From: an uncultured Clostridia bacterium
Lineage (GTDB): Bacteria > Bacillota > Clostridia > TANB77 > CAG-508
Direction: 5' to 3'
DNA: 53,886 nucleotides
NCBI GenBank assembly: GCA_948664205.1
Contig: CAPNDH010000002.1
Span: forward strand, 1-53,886
Shown: positions 9,691-20,597 of the stretch, in pieces
Layout: each line of letters starts with the position of its first letter
How positions within the stretch are numbered: the first letter of the stretch is position 1
Translations under genes and position numbers: made by a program
The notes under the pieces: generated by a model
What the model was told of the DNA's origin: nothing
Database searches by the model: none
The model's input: only the letters and a program-made list of their open reading frames with translations

Positions 9691-10170
9691 ATGTTAAAAG
9701 AATTTAAAGAATTTGCTACAAAGGGAAATATTATGGATATGGCTATTGGTGTTATTATTGGTGGTGCTTTTCAAAAAATAGTTACATCTTTAGTAAATGA
9801 TATTATTATGCCAGCTATTGCAATTTTTACTGGAAAAGTAGATTTTTCAGAATTAGTTTTAACAATTGGTAATTCTTCAATAAAATATGGCTCGTTTATT
9901 ACTACAATTGTTGATTTTTTAATTATAGCATTTTCAATATTTATAGCTATACGAACATTTAATAAGTTAAATGATAAAACAAAAGAGAATTTAGAAAAGA
10001 TTACTAAAAATAGCAAACGTTCTAAAAAGAATAAAAAAGATGAAGTTATAGAAGAAGAAAAAGTAGAATCGCCTACAACAAAAATATGTCCTTATTGTTT
10101 CTCTGAAATTAATATTAAGGCTACTAAATGCCCTCATTGTATTTCTAATTTACATGAGTGTAGTGAGTAA
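9691..10170 (+). CDS. mscL: Large-conductance mechanosensitive channel MscL with a C-terminal CPYC...CPHC zinc-ribbon extension.
   Basis: [27 protein letters not shown] is a canonical MscL N-terminus. ATG at 9691 follows an AAGGTGA SD. Confidence 0.85.
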   Translation: MLKEFKEFATKGNIMDMAIGVIIGGAFQKIVTSLVNDIIMPAIAIFTGKVDFSELVLTIGNSSIKYGSFITTIVDFLIIAFSIFIAIRTFNKLNDKTKENLEKITKNSKRSKKNKKDEVIEEEKVESPTTKICPYCFSEINIKATKCPHCISNLHECSE

Positions 10171-10228
10171 TAGATTAAATGCCTGAGGTTATTAATAGAA
10201 CTAAATTTAAACAATAAATAATTAATCT

Positions 10229-10263
10229 AAAAATAGATGCAGTCTGAATTTGCATCTATTTTA
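10229..10263. terminator. Bidirectional terminator between mscL and the STAND-like gene.
   Basis: AAAATAGATGCA-9 nt-TGCATCTATTTT. Confidence 0.6.
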
Positions 10264-10287
10264 ATTTGTTTATAATACATTATTCAA

Positions 10288-11517
10288 TTATATATAATAT
10301 TTTTTGTAAAAACTTTCTTTAGCTATATTACACATGTCTGTTTTTATATCTTTTTGTAATTTCTCTATCGCTTTTATAGACTCTGTATATATATCATACA
10401 AGTAATCCCAAACTTTAATATTTGAACAAATATCTCTTAGTTTTTTATCTTCTATAATTTTTTCAAAATCTAATCTATACACTTCTTCTTCATAATCGTA
10501 ACACTTTTTATATAGTTCTTTCTGATAAATAGCATAATCTAGTAATGCAATATGTGTTTCTACAAATATTCCCATAACAAAATCTATTACAGGTATATAA
10601 GTATATGTATGATAGAATTGTGAGCGTACATTGAATTTTTTATCAATCTCTATCTCCCAAGAAATCATATTAGTAATAGCTCTTGCTATTTTCATTTTGT
10701 CTTTTGATTTACTCATTCTTTGTACATTATCAGTAAAACATTTTAATGCTGTAATTACATATTTTTCATTAAACTTTTGTCTATTAATTGCTGAATATAC
10801 TTCAAAAATTCTTTGCTTTAAATAATCTATATTTTCATATATATATTCATTATTACTTTCATATGTTTCCCAATTTTCAATAATTTCTATTAAATTATAA
10901 TCGTTTTTATCTACTTCATTTATTGCAATATACAAATAAATATATCTATTTATAAAATAGTATTTCCCATTTTTATTTATAATAAGATTGGATTTATATA
11001 TTTGTTGCATAATTTCTGGATATTTGTTTTCATATCGTTTTATATCTGATCTCTCTATAAATAAATTTCCTTTTATAAAATTATTATATACAATTTGTTT
11101 TAATATTTTATCAGTTTCTTTTGATATATTATATTTTTTGTAAAGAAATGTTAAAAATTTTTTTGCTAATTTTCCTAATGAATAATCTATGTTTGATTGT
11201 TTTGTAACAAATTCATAGAATAGTACTAAACTTGGATTATTTTCATTTTCCTGAAAGTAATCTATATTTGTATCAATAAAGCTATATATCCACCATTTGT
11301 TATATACTTTTATAAATAGATTATCTTTAAATTTTTTATAATCAATCTCTTGTTTTTTTTCTATATGTTCATCTTCCTCTAACTTTGAAATTCCTGTCTC
11401 AAATATTTGTTGAATATATTTTATTTGTTGCTCATTCTCTTTCGGTACATCTTCTATATAATATCCATATGATGTTTTCGTTTGTTTTTTCCAATATTCT
11501 ATTGTTTCTTCTAGCAA
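10288..11517 (-). CDS. C-terminal helical-repeat part of the STAND-like protein, probably the same gene as 11511-13763.
   Basis: No ATG or SD. Its frame stays open upstream to the T6 run at 11593-11598, giving ...KLYSKAIYEEILQDLHEYCYIYIDEELLEETIEYW. Confidence 0.5.
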   Translation of the reverse strand: MLEETIEYWKKQTKTSYGYYIEDVPKENEQQIKYIQQIFETGISKLEEDEHIEKKQEIDYKKFKDNLFIKVYNKWWIYSFIDTNIDYFQENENNPSLVLFYEFVTKQSNIDYSLGKLAKKFLTFLYKKYNISKETDKILKQIVYNNFIKGNLFIERSDIKRYENKYPEIMQQIYKSNLIINKNGKYYFINRYIYLYIAINEVDKNDYNLIEIIENWETYESNNEYIYENIDYLKQRIFEVYSAINRQKFNEKYVITALKCFTDNVQRMSKSKDKMKIARAITNMISWEIEIDKKFNVRSQFYHTYTYIPVIDFVMGIFVETHIALLDYAIYQKELYKKCYDYEEEVYRLDFEKIIEDKKLRDICSNIKVWDYLYDIYTESIKAIEKLQKDIKTDMCNIAKESFYKKYYI

Positions 11518-13763
11518 TTCTTCATCAATATAAATATAACAATACTCATGTAAATCCTGTAATATTTCTTCATAAATAGCTTTACTATATAATTTTTTAA
11601 GCTTGGTATTTCATCATGTATTTCAGCATCAATATGCTCTATTTTTATTTCTTCTATTGTTTTTCCCTCTATAATTTCATTTGCTATATTATCTAACATA
11701 ATTTCCTCAATAGTTGATGTTACATCTTCTGAAATTACACTAATTAATATACTTTTTACATCTTCTAAATTACTCATCATATAATTACTGTTTTTTTCAT
11801 AATTCAATATTCTTAAACATATATTAAAATATATTTCACAGTCATAGTACGTTCTAAGGTTGTATAAGTATTCTTCATCATTCGATTCTATGATATATTT
11901 TTTGAATAAATTTAAGCAAAATTTATATAATGGCTTATTACTATTTTCTTCATATTCTAAGATATCAAGTATTAAATCAATATTATAATTTTCAAATAAT
12001 TCTAAAATTACTTGCTTTAGTAATTTTTCTCTGTCAGTATTTATCTTTCTTGCCAAAATTCCATATAATATTTGATATCTGTCGTAGAAGAAACTTTTAA
12101 TGCTTTTTATATCATTTTCTACCTTTTTTGCTAGCTCTTCTTTCACCCATTCTTGTTCATCTTTTATAACTAAGTCTATATAATGCAAAACTTCTACATA
12201 TTTTGCACTTTTAATATACCTTTTTATATCTATTTGGTTTTTTCTTATTTTATTAATTATATAGTCTGATATGCTATGCTTGCATACTTCTAGTTTTCTT
12301 TGAGAGGATTCATCAAAAGTGACCTTTATAAATGATACTGTTAACCTATCTATCGATTTTAAAAGTTCCTCTGATTCTATTTGCTTATTTTCATTTTTTA
12401 ATATTTCATAAAATTGTTCTTTTACATATTGCTCTGGCACATTAACACCAAAAAGAACTATAATTATTAGTAATATTTTTTCATATTCTGATAATTTTTG
12501 ATATTCTTCTTCCCATAGTTTATTTGGGTCTTCTAATGTTTTTTCAATATATTCATTAATATCACTAATATTTTTATTTTTCATCCTTTCACAAATTAAT
12601 GCTATAACTCCTGGATTAAAATTTTCATGTCTTATAATAGTTTCATAAAACCTATTATTCAATATTTTCTTATATTCTTTTGTACCTATAAGTTTATTCT
12701 TTTTTAAGTGATTATATAAAATACTTCCCTTTTCTAAATAATTATAATCTGCTACATCTATTAGATATTCATCACTTACTGCTGTCGAATTGTAAAATTT
12801 ATAAAACAGTTGCTTACAGTTATTGTAAATATATGTTCTTGTTGTCATTATTAGCTTTTTGTCTTTACTATTTTTGAAAATACCTATAATTTTATCTAAT
12901 GTACTTTCTGCAACATTCTTTTCTAAATATTCTACATTAGAACCCAAAAAATCATCTATTAGGCATATTATTTTTCCATCAATTGCAACTTGATTTTTTA
13001 TCTTTACTAAATCATCTACATTTCCATATACAAACATATAGCCCTGATTAATATAGTCCATTACTAATTTTCTAGCTGTACTTGTCTTTCCTACCCATGG
13101 TTCTCCATGTAATATAATAACATTTCGTTCTTTTAATTTTTGTACCGCTTGTTTGTATGCTTTCGTTTCATAAAATACTTCATTGGATTTTTTCATTTCC
13201 TCAAATTCATATTTTGTATTATAATCGTAGCAAATTGTTTTCTTTTCATATACTTCTACCTTTTCTACTGGTATAAACTCTTTATATATATTTAGATTTT
13301 CAATGAATTGAATACAAATTGTATCTAGATGGTTTTTCTCTAGTTTTTTAAATTCTATTTTTAAAGTTTTTTGCCCTTTTCTCATAGAACTTAATATATT
13401 ATCTATTTCTTTTAAATCAAATACTTTATAAAAAATAGAAGTCTGCCTGTTTGGAAAAATTTGCACAACAAAAAATATTGCTCCTTTTTTGTCTTTTTTA
13501 TAATTTTCTATATCGCTAACCTTTACTCTATAATATATATTATTATTTTTTGTATCTTTTTCTTCTTCAACACTTTTCACTTGTACAGGTATTCTTCCAA
13601 CAATTTCGTTTGATTTATTACTTTCTGATTTATACAAACGTAATTCTCCATCCCATACAGGTTCTCTATCTCTTTTTTGAAGATGATCTTCTAAATTATC
13701 AAATTGATTTACTTCATTAATAATTGCAGTAATTGAAATACTTTCTTTCTTAGCTGAGTTCAT
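11511..13763 (-). CDS. DUF4365/Mrr-like N-terminal domain plus P-loop STAND-type NTPase (candidate defence protein), N-terminal part.
   Basis: N-terminus EPVWDGELRLYK...GRIPVQVKS (D...E...QxK nuclease-fold pattern). Walker A ILHGEPWVGKTSTA and Walker B KIICLIDDFLG. The last 26 aa are low-complexity out-of-frame-looking sequence. Confidence 0.6.
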   Translation of the reverse strand: MNSAKKESISITAIINEVNQFDNLEDHLQKRDREPVWDGELRLYKSESNKSNEIVGRIPVQVKSVEEEKDTKNNNIYYRVKVSDIENYKKDKKGAIFFVVQIFPNRQTSIFYKVFDLKEIDNILSSMRKGQKTLKIEFKKLEKNHLDTICIQFIENLNIYKEFIPVEKVEVYEKKTICYDYNTKYEFEEMKKSNEVFYETKAYKQAVQKLKERNVIILHGEPWVGKTSTARKLVMDYINQGYMFVYGNVDDLVKIKNQVAIDGKIICLIDDFLGSNVEYLEKNVAESTLDKIIGIFKNSKDKKLIMTTRTYIYNNCKQLFYKFYNSTAVSDEYLIDVADYNYLEKGSILYNHLKKNKLIGTKEYKKILNNRFYETIIRHENFNPGVIALICERMKNKNISDINEYIEKTLEDPNKLWEEEYQKLSEYEKILLIIIVLFGVNVPEQYVKEQFYEILKNENKQIESEELLKSIDRLTVSFIKVTFDESSQRKLEVCKHSISDYIINKIRKNQIDIKRYIKSAKYVEVLHYIDLVIKDEQEWVKEELAKKVENDIKSIKSFFYDRYQILYGILARKINTDREKLLKQVILELFENYNIDLILDILEYEENSNKPLYKFCLNLFKKYIIESNDEEYLYNLRTYYDCEIYFNICLRILNYEKNSNYMMSNLEDVKSILISVISEDVTSTIEEIMLDNIANEIIEGKTIEEIKIEHIDAEIHDEIPSLKNYIVKLFMKKYYRIYMSIVIFILMKNC

Positions 13764-13918
13764 GTATACACCTCTATAAATTATTTTGGTATACTATAAC
13801 ATATTTTGTCGTATTTTTAAATACTCAAGTGTAAAAAATATAAATTTATATTATTCTAGTTTTAATAAAAACTATTTTTAATAATTAAATATACATATCA
13901 GTTTAAAATAGCAACATA

Positions 13919-13950
13919 AATATAGAGTAGTAAAATTACTACTCTATATT
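13919..13950 (-). terminator. Hairpin directly after the spo0A stop codon.
   Basis: ATATAGAGTAGTAA / TTACTACTCTATAT arms. Confidence 0.5.
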
Positions 13951-14769
13951 TTATGCTGTTTTTAATTCTAATCTTAATTTATCTGCTATCATTGCTATAA
14001 ATTCTGAGTTTGTTGGTTTTCCTTTTGCTGCTGATACTGTGTAGCCGAATATGTTTTCCATTGTATCTGTTTGGCCTCTTCCCCATGCTACTTCTATTGC
14101 GTGGCGAATTGCTCTTTCTACTCTTGATGGTGTTGTTTCATATTTTTTAGCTATGTCTGGATATAATTGTTTTGTTATTTGGTTTATAACATCTATATCA
14201 TTTACTACCATCATTATAGCTTCCCTTAAGTATTGATATCCTTTTATATGTGCAGGAACTCCTACTTCATGTATTACATTAGTAACTAATGCTTCTAGGT
14301 TTTCTTCATTTTTCTTACTTTCTGGTGCTAATTCGATGTATGATGGTTTTATTTCTCTTGCTGCAAACCCACCTCTAACTGTCCCTGGTTGATAATACTT
14401 GAAGTCTCTCATTCTTTTTATTAATAAATTAATATCAAATGGTTTTACAACATAATACTCTGCACCTAAGTTTATTGCTCTTTGTGTTATTTTATCTTGA
14501 CCTACTGCTGAAAGCATTATACACATTGGCATTTTTGATATTGCCATTGTTTGTAGTCTTTCCAATACACCTAATCCATCTAAATGTGGCATTATTACAT
14601 CTAATATTGCTATGTCTGGCTCATTCATTTTTATTAGATCACAAGCTTCTTCGCCATCTTTTGCTACTCCTACCACCTCTATATCTTCTTCTTTTTGTAA
14701 ATACCCTGTTAGTGTGTTTACAAAATCAACATTGTCATCTGCAATTATAACTTTTATTTTGTTACCCAC
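13951..14769 (-). CDS. spo0A: Sporulation master regulator Spo0A
   Basis: Receiver domain plus the Spo0A-specific C-domain ([12 protein letters not shown]...[15 protein letters not shown]). Confidence 0.95.
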   Translation of the reverse strand: MGNKIKVIIADDNVDFVNTLTGYLQKEEDIEVVGVAKDGEEACDLIKMNEPDIAILDVIMPHLDGLGVLERLQTMAISKMPMCIMLSAVGQDKITQRAINLGAEYYVVKPFDINLLIKRMRDFKYYQPGTVRGGFAAREIKPSYIELAPESKKNEENLEALVTNVIHEVGVPAHIKGYQYLREAIMMVVNDIDVINQITKQLYPDIAKKYETTPSRVERAIRHAIEVAWGRGQTDTMENIFGYTVSAAKGKPTNSEFIAMIADKLRLELKTA

Positions 14770-14993
14770 TTTTCTTCCTCCTTCGTTTCCAAATATTGTA
14801 AATATTCCTTACAAGTCAGATTATATTATTAATAGAAAATTTTTGCAATAGTTTTTTGGAAATTTTTTCAATTTTTTACCATATTTTTCCATATATGTTG
14901 TTTTTAGTTATTTTATTGCACTATTTTGCAATATAAATAATTTTACAACATCCATCATTTATCTATAAAGTAGCGTGAAGGAAGTAATATATT

Positions 14994-15626
14994 TTATTTT
15001 TGTAAATTTTTTCTTATATTTTTCTCTTTTATTACTCTATATTTTTCAATTTTAAAGTTTAATTCTTCTATATTATTTAATAATTTCTCTTTTTCTTCAT
15101 TATTTATTTCTAAAACACATATTATTTTTTCGCCATATTCTGTATTAATCGTATTTATATTATTTTTCTTACAATAGTAGCTTAATTTCTCAAAATCATT
15201 ATAATTAATTTCTAGCTCTACTTCATAGCCTCTTTCTTCTATTACAAATTCTGCACTATTTATCGCTTTTATTGTACTTTCTGAATATGCTCTTACTAGT
15301 CCTCCTGTACCTAATAATATTCCGCCGAAGTATCTTGTTACTACTACTAGTACATTTATAAGTTCATTTTTATTTATTATATTTAACATAGGGGCTCCTG
15401 CTGTTCCACTTGGCTCTCCATCATCAGATAGCCTATTTACAATTCCTTCGTTTGTCATTATGCTATATGCAAAACAATGATGTTTTGCATCAAAGTATTT
15501 CTTTTTTATTCTATTTATTTGTTCTTCCGCTTCTTCTATATTTTGAACATATATTATATCTGCTATAAATTTAGATTTTTTTTCTACTATTTCGGCTGTT
15601 ACATTTTCTTTTATCGTTTTTAACAT
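14994..15626 (-). CDS. YigZ/IMPACT-family protein
   Basis: KSKFIA...HHCFAY...DDGEPSGTAGAPML...TRYFGGILLGTGGLVRAY. Confidence 0.8.
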   Translation of the reverse strand: MLKTIKENVTAEIVEKKSKFIADIIYVQNIEEAEEQINRIKKKYFDAKHHCFAYSIMTNEGIVNRLSDDGEPSGTAGAPMLNIINKNELINVLVVVTRYFGGILLGTGGLVRAYSESTIKAINSAEFVIEERGYEVELEINYNDFEKLSYYCKKNNINTINTEYGEKIICVLEINNEEKEKLLNNIEELNFKIEKYRVIKEKNIRKNLQK

Positions 15627-15698
15627 ATCTACCTCTCTTTTGTTTCTTTATATCACAAATTTGAAAGGTTATCAATATTTTTATTTATAGATTTAATA

Positions 15699-17890
15699 TT
15701 ACCAATCTACATATACATTGCTTTCCTCTTTTACCTTTATGCTTGCTTTTGGAGTTTGTGTTTTTACAGTTGTATTTTCTTTATCCATTCCCTCTTGTTC
15801 ATTTGATATTACTAGTTTTAGATTATTTTCTTTTAGTAATTTTTCTGCTTCTTTTAGTGTTTTTCCTTCTATATTGGGTACTTCTACTTCTTTTTTCATT
15901 TCTTCTTCTAGTTCATTATCTTTTACTAGTTCTAAATATGGAAGTACCTCTCCAAATATTTGTGAGCCTATTGGTGCTGCTACGCCCCCTCCTTGGTGAC
16001 CTCCTTCTCCTGTTGGGTTATATAGTGTTATTAATACTGCTACTGTTGGGTTTGATATTGGTGCTACTCCTATAAAAGATGTTACATATTTTCCTGTGTT
16101 TACTCCGTCTTCTGATGTTCCTGTTTTTCCTCCTATTCTATATCCTTTTACTTGTGAGTTTTTTCCTGTTCCTTCTGCTACAACGCTTTCCATCATACTA
16201 AGTACATTTTTTGCAGTTTCTTCTGAAATTACTCTATCTTTTTTTATAACTTCTACTTCTTTTCTTTCTCCTGTTTGACTATCAATAACTCCCTTTACTA
16301 CTCTTGGCTGTATATATGTTCCTCCATTTGCAATAGTTGATACCATTGTAATCATTTGTATTGGTGTTACTTCAAATCTTTGACCAAATGCTATTGTTCC
16401 GAAGCTCTACTGGTCCTACTTTTTCTTCTTTTAGGAATATTGAACCTGCCTCACCTGGTAGGTCTACTCCTGTTCTTCTTAAAAAACCAAATTTTTCTAA
16501 ATATTCATAATATTTGTGTACCCCAAGCTTTTGTCCTAGCCCTATAAATACTGGGTTACATGAGTTCATTAGTGCTTGCCTTAAGCTTTCTGAGCCATGT
16601 GGCCTATAATGCCTCCAACATTTCATACGTGTTCCTGCAACTTCAATTGAACCAGTACAACAAAATTCTCCTTCTTTATCTACTTCTGCTATCTTTTCCT
16701 CTAACGATGCTGATGCTGTTACTAATTTGAATGTAGAACCTGGCTCATATGTATCTGAAATCGCCTTATTTCTCCACATTGCTTGTAAATTTTTAGTTTT
16801 ATCACTTTGATTTAAGCTATCCCAATTTGCCTTTAATTCATCAGTATTTGGTGAATATGGCTCATTTAAGTTATAGTTTGGGAAACCTGCTAAAGCTAAA
16901 ATATCTCCATTTTGTGGGTTCATAATCATTATATTTCCACCGTCTGTACACTTATTATCTATGCAAGCTTCTTTCAAATATTTTTCTGCTATTCCTTGAA
17001 TTGTACTATCTATTGTAAGTATTAGATCATTTCCATCAATTGCTGGTACATAATTTTCTGTAGAGTTTTCTATTTCTCCACCTTTTGCATCTGTTACTTT
17101 TGTTATTTTTCCGTTTACTTCCTTTAAGTTCTTTATCATACCAAGCTTCTATACCATCTAGACCTTGATTATCACTTCCACAAAAACCAATAATTTGTGA
17201 TGCTAAATTATTGTATGGGTAATATCTTTTTGTGTCTTCATCTATATTAATTCCACTAGTTATATTATTATCTTTCATCCATATTCTAAGTTCATCTGCT
17301 TTTTCTTTATCTACTTTTTTTACTATTGTTTCTATTGAACTTCTTTTAGTTACTCTTTTTAAAACAGTCTCATAGTCTAAGTCAAATATTTTAGTAAGTG
17401 CTTCTGCTACTTTTTCTTTATTCTCTTTTGCTATATTTACTGGGTTAACTGTTATTGTTTCAACTGTTGAACTAACTGCTAAAATATTTTTTCCTGTACT
17501 ATCATAAATAGTTCCTCTTTTAGGGTTTATATTTCTGTCTAAAGTTTGCCCAATATATGCCATAGATTGTAATTCTTCCCCTTTAATAAATTGTATATGT
17601 GCTAACCTTCCTGCTAAAAGTGTGAATAACAACATAGCTACTATTAGCTCCCATATAACTTTTTTCTTTCTTGTTATATTTCCTGTAATTTCTGAATTTT
17701 TGGTTTGCTTTTTATTTATTTTTCCAAAGTCAACTTGCTTTTTCTTTTTCAATTTATCTATTTCTTTATTATTATTTTGTTTATCTATTTTTTTCTTTAA
17801 TTTATTTTTTACAATTTGCCTTTGAGTTTTTTTTATATTTTCTTTTTTGTTTTTTAAATTGTTAACTATATTTTTTCTGGTATTTTTCAT
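15699..17890 (-). pseudogene. spoVD: SpoVD/FtsI-type class B penicillin-binding protein (one PASTA domain) in dcw position, split into three ORFs by two +1 frame breaks (nt 17113 and 16401).
   Basis: The three track ORFs are collinear with the intact paralogue at 22848-25148 (STFK, SCN, KTGT motifs). 2192 nt minus 2 equals 730 codons. Confidence 0.8.
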
Positions 17891-17971
17891 TTTTTCAATC
17901 CTTTCTGAACTTTTCTATCAGTTTCCGCATTTTTGATAGCTTTTAATGATATAATGCTATCAAAATGTTAT

Positions 17972-18080
17972 GTAGGGGCGACTATTAGTCGTCCGCTCTT
18001 CGAAGAAATTACCCTAACTTATATATTTGTTTAAGTACTTTCGCTGGAGCAAGGACGAGCGATTGCAAAGCCCCTACAAT
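17972..18080. repeat. Inverted pair of P-modules (GTAGGGGCGAC-TATTA-GTCGTCCGCTCTTCGAAG ... CCCCTACAAT) in the ftsL-PBP spacer.
   Basis: Matches the P consensus seen at 45927, 48172, 49728, 51023 and 51932. Confidence 0.6.
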
Positions 18081-18158
18081 CTAAATTATTTACTATTATA
18101 AAGATATGAAAAATAGCGCAAAAAAAGAACAGTTTGCATATTATACAAATTGTTCCTC

Positions 18159-18680
18159 TTATCTTATACTTTGTGTTAAACCTTTCCAAATTTTTTGCCA
18201 TATATTTAAATTTTCTTCTACTTCTACTTCTTCTGTTGCTGGCTCAATATAGTCTTTCTTTGGAAGATTTATATAAACTTTTTGTTTGTTATCTAATTTT
18301 TGCATTCCTAGTAGTTCTTTTGCTTGCTCTTCAATGTTTTTTAAATTTAAACTACTTTCTATATTTACCTTTAGTTGTTCATTTTCCTTTTGCACACTAC
18401 TTAACTGTTCTTTTAGTTTTTCTTTTTTATTAAAGTTTTCTGTAATTAGTGAGTTTCTATAGCTTAGTCCAAATAATACCGCAAAACTAATAGCTACATA
18501 TAAAGCTACTTTAGCTTTTGGTTTCATTTTTGATTTTACTGCTTTTTTCTTACTTACTTTTTTCGCAGTAGACTTTTTCTTTACGTCATATGGATTTTTC
18601 TTTTTTCTTGTCTCATATTCTGGCTGAATTTTTCTTGGGCTGGTTTCATATTGGTAACCATTGTATCTTTGGTATGCCAT
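18159..18680 (-). CDS. ftsL: Cell-division protein FtsL
   Basis: Position between rsmH and the PBP, single TM segment and coiled-coil ectodomain. ATG at 18680 follows a GAGGTGA SD. Confidence 0.7.
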   Translation of the reverse strand: MAYQRYNGYQYETSPRKIQPEYETRKKKNPYDVKKKSTAKKVSKKKAVKSKMKPKAKVALYVAISFAVLFGLSYRNSLITENFNKKEKLKEQLSSVQKENEQLKVNIESSLNLKNIEEQAKELLGMQKLDNKQKVYINLPKKDYIEPATEEVEVEENLNIWQKIWKGLTQSIR

Positions 18681-18703
18681 AGTTCTCACCTCTTCTCTTT
18701 TGG

Positions 18704-19633
18704 TTATTTCTTTTCGAAAATTCTTAGCTTAGCACTTTTCGATCTTGTGTTTCTTTCTAATTCTTCTTTTTGGGCTATTATTGGTTTTTTATTAATAGCT
18801 TTTCCTTGTGACTTACAACCACATATACAGTATGGTAAATCACTTGGACATGTGCATATTCCTTCAGCTTCTTTAAATGCTTTTTTAACGTTTCTATCTT
18901 CTAATGAGTGAAAAGTTATTACACATAGCCTTCCTTTTATGTTTAATAATTCTATACTGTCTTTTATTGTGTTAAATAGTGGTTTTATTTCATCATTTAC
19001 TTCTATTCTAATTGCTTGGAATGTTCTTTTTGCTGGATGTCCATCTTTTTGTTTTGAAATTGGTATAGACCTTTTTATAATTTCTACTAGCTCACTAGTT
19101 GTTTCTATTGGACCTTTTTCTCTTTGTTTTATAATATTTGTTACAATTTGTTTTGCAAATCTTTCTTCCCCATATTCTTCTAAGATATTTATAAGTCGTT
19201 CTTTTGAATATGTATTTACTACTTCTTTTGCAGTAAGCTCTTGACTTTTATCCATCCTCATATCAAGAATAGCTTCTCCCATATAGCTAAAACCTCTTGC
19301 TCTTTCATCTAATTGATATGATGAAACTCCTAAATCTAATAAAATTCCATCTACTTTTTCTATTCCAATATTCCTTAATAAAGTTTTTATATCATCATGA
19401 TTTCCATGTATAAATTTTACATTTTTATATTCTTTTAATCTTTTGCTAGCCTCTTTTAATGCTTCTTCATCTCTATCAATTCCTATGAGTAAACCTTTTG
19501 AAGATAATTTTTTTATAATTTGACTGCTATGCCCTGCTCCTCCTAAGGTACCATCTACATATATTCCATCTGGTTTTATATTTAGGCCCTCTATGCATTC
19601 ATTTAGCATAACTGGCTCATGTTTAAATTCCAC
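18704..19633 (-). CDS. rsmH: 16S rRNA (cytosine1402-N4)-methyltransferase RsmH
   Basis: HEPVMLNE...[12 protein letters not shown]...[10 protein letters not shown]...ITFHSLEDR. Confidence 0.95.
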   Translation of the reverse strand: MEFKHEPVMLNECIEGLNIKPDGIYVDGTLGGAGHSSQIIKKLSSKGLLIGIDRDEEALKEASKRLKEYKNVKFIHGNHDDIKTLLRNIGIEKVDGILLDLGVSSYQLDERARGFSYMGEAILDMRMDKSQELTAKEVVNTYSKERLINILEEYGEERFAKQIVTNIIKQREKGPIETTSELVEIIKRSIPISKQKDGHPAKRTFQAIRIEVNDEIKPLFNTIKDSIELLNIKGRLCVITFHSLEDRNVKKAFKEAEGICTCPSDLPYCICGCKSQGKAINKKPIIAQKEELERNTRSKSAKLRIFEKK

Positions 19634-19668
19634 TTTTTTCTCCTAAATTTGTATTTTTATAGGCTCTA

Positions 19669-19728
19669 AATAGCATGAGCAGTTGGCAATCTTATTTTTA
19701 AGTAATACCAACTGTGTCTCATGCTATT
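19669..19728 (-). other. Long imperfect hairpin immediately upstream of rsmH.
   Basis: AATAGCATGAG-CAGTTGG ... CCAACTG-TGTCTCATGCTATT. Confidence 0.4.
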
Positions 19729-19773
19729 ATTATTCTTTAGTATATTTATAAACTTTTCTTTAGCTCAAATTAT

Positions 19774-19927
19774 TCTTTTGTATTTATAATTTTTTGCTTT
19801 TGTTAGTTAATAAATATCTTTTGGCTTTTTTAAATCTTTTGTAGATTATAAATCCTTTGTTTATAAACTAAAATTTTATCTTTTGTATCTTTAATTTCTT
19901 TTGTACCTTAATGTTTTATCTTTTGTA
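19774..19927. repeat. Eight phased copies of TCTTTTGTA (three degenerate) at ~17-26 nt spacing within the mraZ-rsmH spacer.
   Basis: Copies start at 19774, 19796, 19818, 19835, 19853, 19879, 19898 and 19919. Confidence 0.6.
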
Positions 19928-20159
19928 CTTCTCATTGCTTTTTTTATATTCTAGAAAAATTATTCCAGTGGAATGATTTTTCGTAGAAGATAATTATGGC
20001 GGATGTTAGAAATTGTAGCAGTTTCCACTGCGTACATTTCTTAGCCGTAGCATTTTTAATGCGTACGGATAAGTTATGCGTTAGTATTTCTTAGTTCCGG
20101 CTTTTAGTTTTCTTTAGTAAATTTATTTTTTAGGAAATTTCTTTCCTCAAAAACCTATG

Positions 20160-20585
20160 TTATATTCCTAGCATTGTCATATTTTCTGCTATTTCATCTG
20201 CTGAAATTTCACCATCGCATTTTTCCCAAGTAGCTTTATCCCAAATTTCAAGTCTTGTTCCAACACCTATTATAACTGCTTCTTTTTCTAGATTTCCTGC
20301 TATTCTTAAATTGTTTGGAATTAGGAATCTTCCTTGCTTATCTATTTCACATTCTGTAGCACCAGATAGGAAAAACCTTACAAAATTTCTAGCATTTTTG
20401 TCTGAAAGTGGAAGTGCTTTTAATTTAGATTCAAAATTCAACCATTCATTTTGTGAAAACGCAAATAAACATCCATCTAAACCTTTTGTAACGATGAACT
20501 TCTCTCCCATATCTATTCTTAATTTTGCTGGCATTATTAGTCTTCCTTTAACGTCTAAAGAGTGTTCGTATTCACCTATTAACAA
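20160..20585 (-). CDS. mraZ: Transcriptional regulator MraZ
   Basis: (M)[15 protein letters not shown]...two SpoVT/AbrB-like repeats. TTG start at 20585 after a GGGAGGTGA SD; the track start at 20624 lies in the operator repeats. Confidence 0.9.
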   Translation of the reverse strand: MLIGEYEHSLDVKGRLIMPAKLRIDMGEKFIVTKGLDGCLFAFSQNEWLNFESKLKALPLSDKNARNFVRFFLSGATECEIDKQGRFLIPNNLRIAGNLEKEAVIIGVGTRLEIWDKATWEKCDGEISADEIAENMTMLGI

Positions 20586-20597
20586 TTGAATTTCACC

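Noticed and set aside
11593-11598. The T6/A6 run in the STAND-like gene as a phase-variation switch
   Set aside because: Six nucleotides is short for a contingency locus. A simple indel (real or technical) is the more economical explanation, so it is reported only as a frameshift.
19996-20046. A 16-codon ORF (MADVRNCSSFHCVHFL) in the mraZ-rsmH spacer
   Set aside because: It has no SD, lies on the strand opposite to the operon, and is too short to support.
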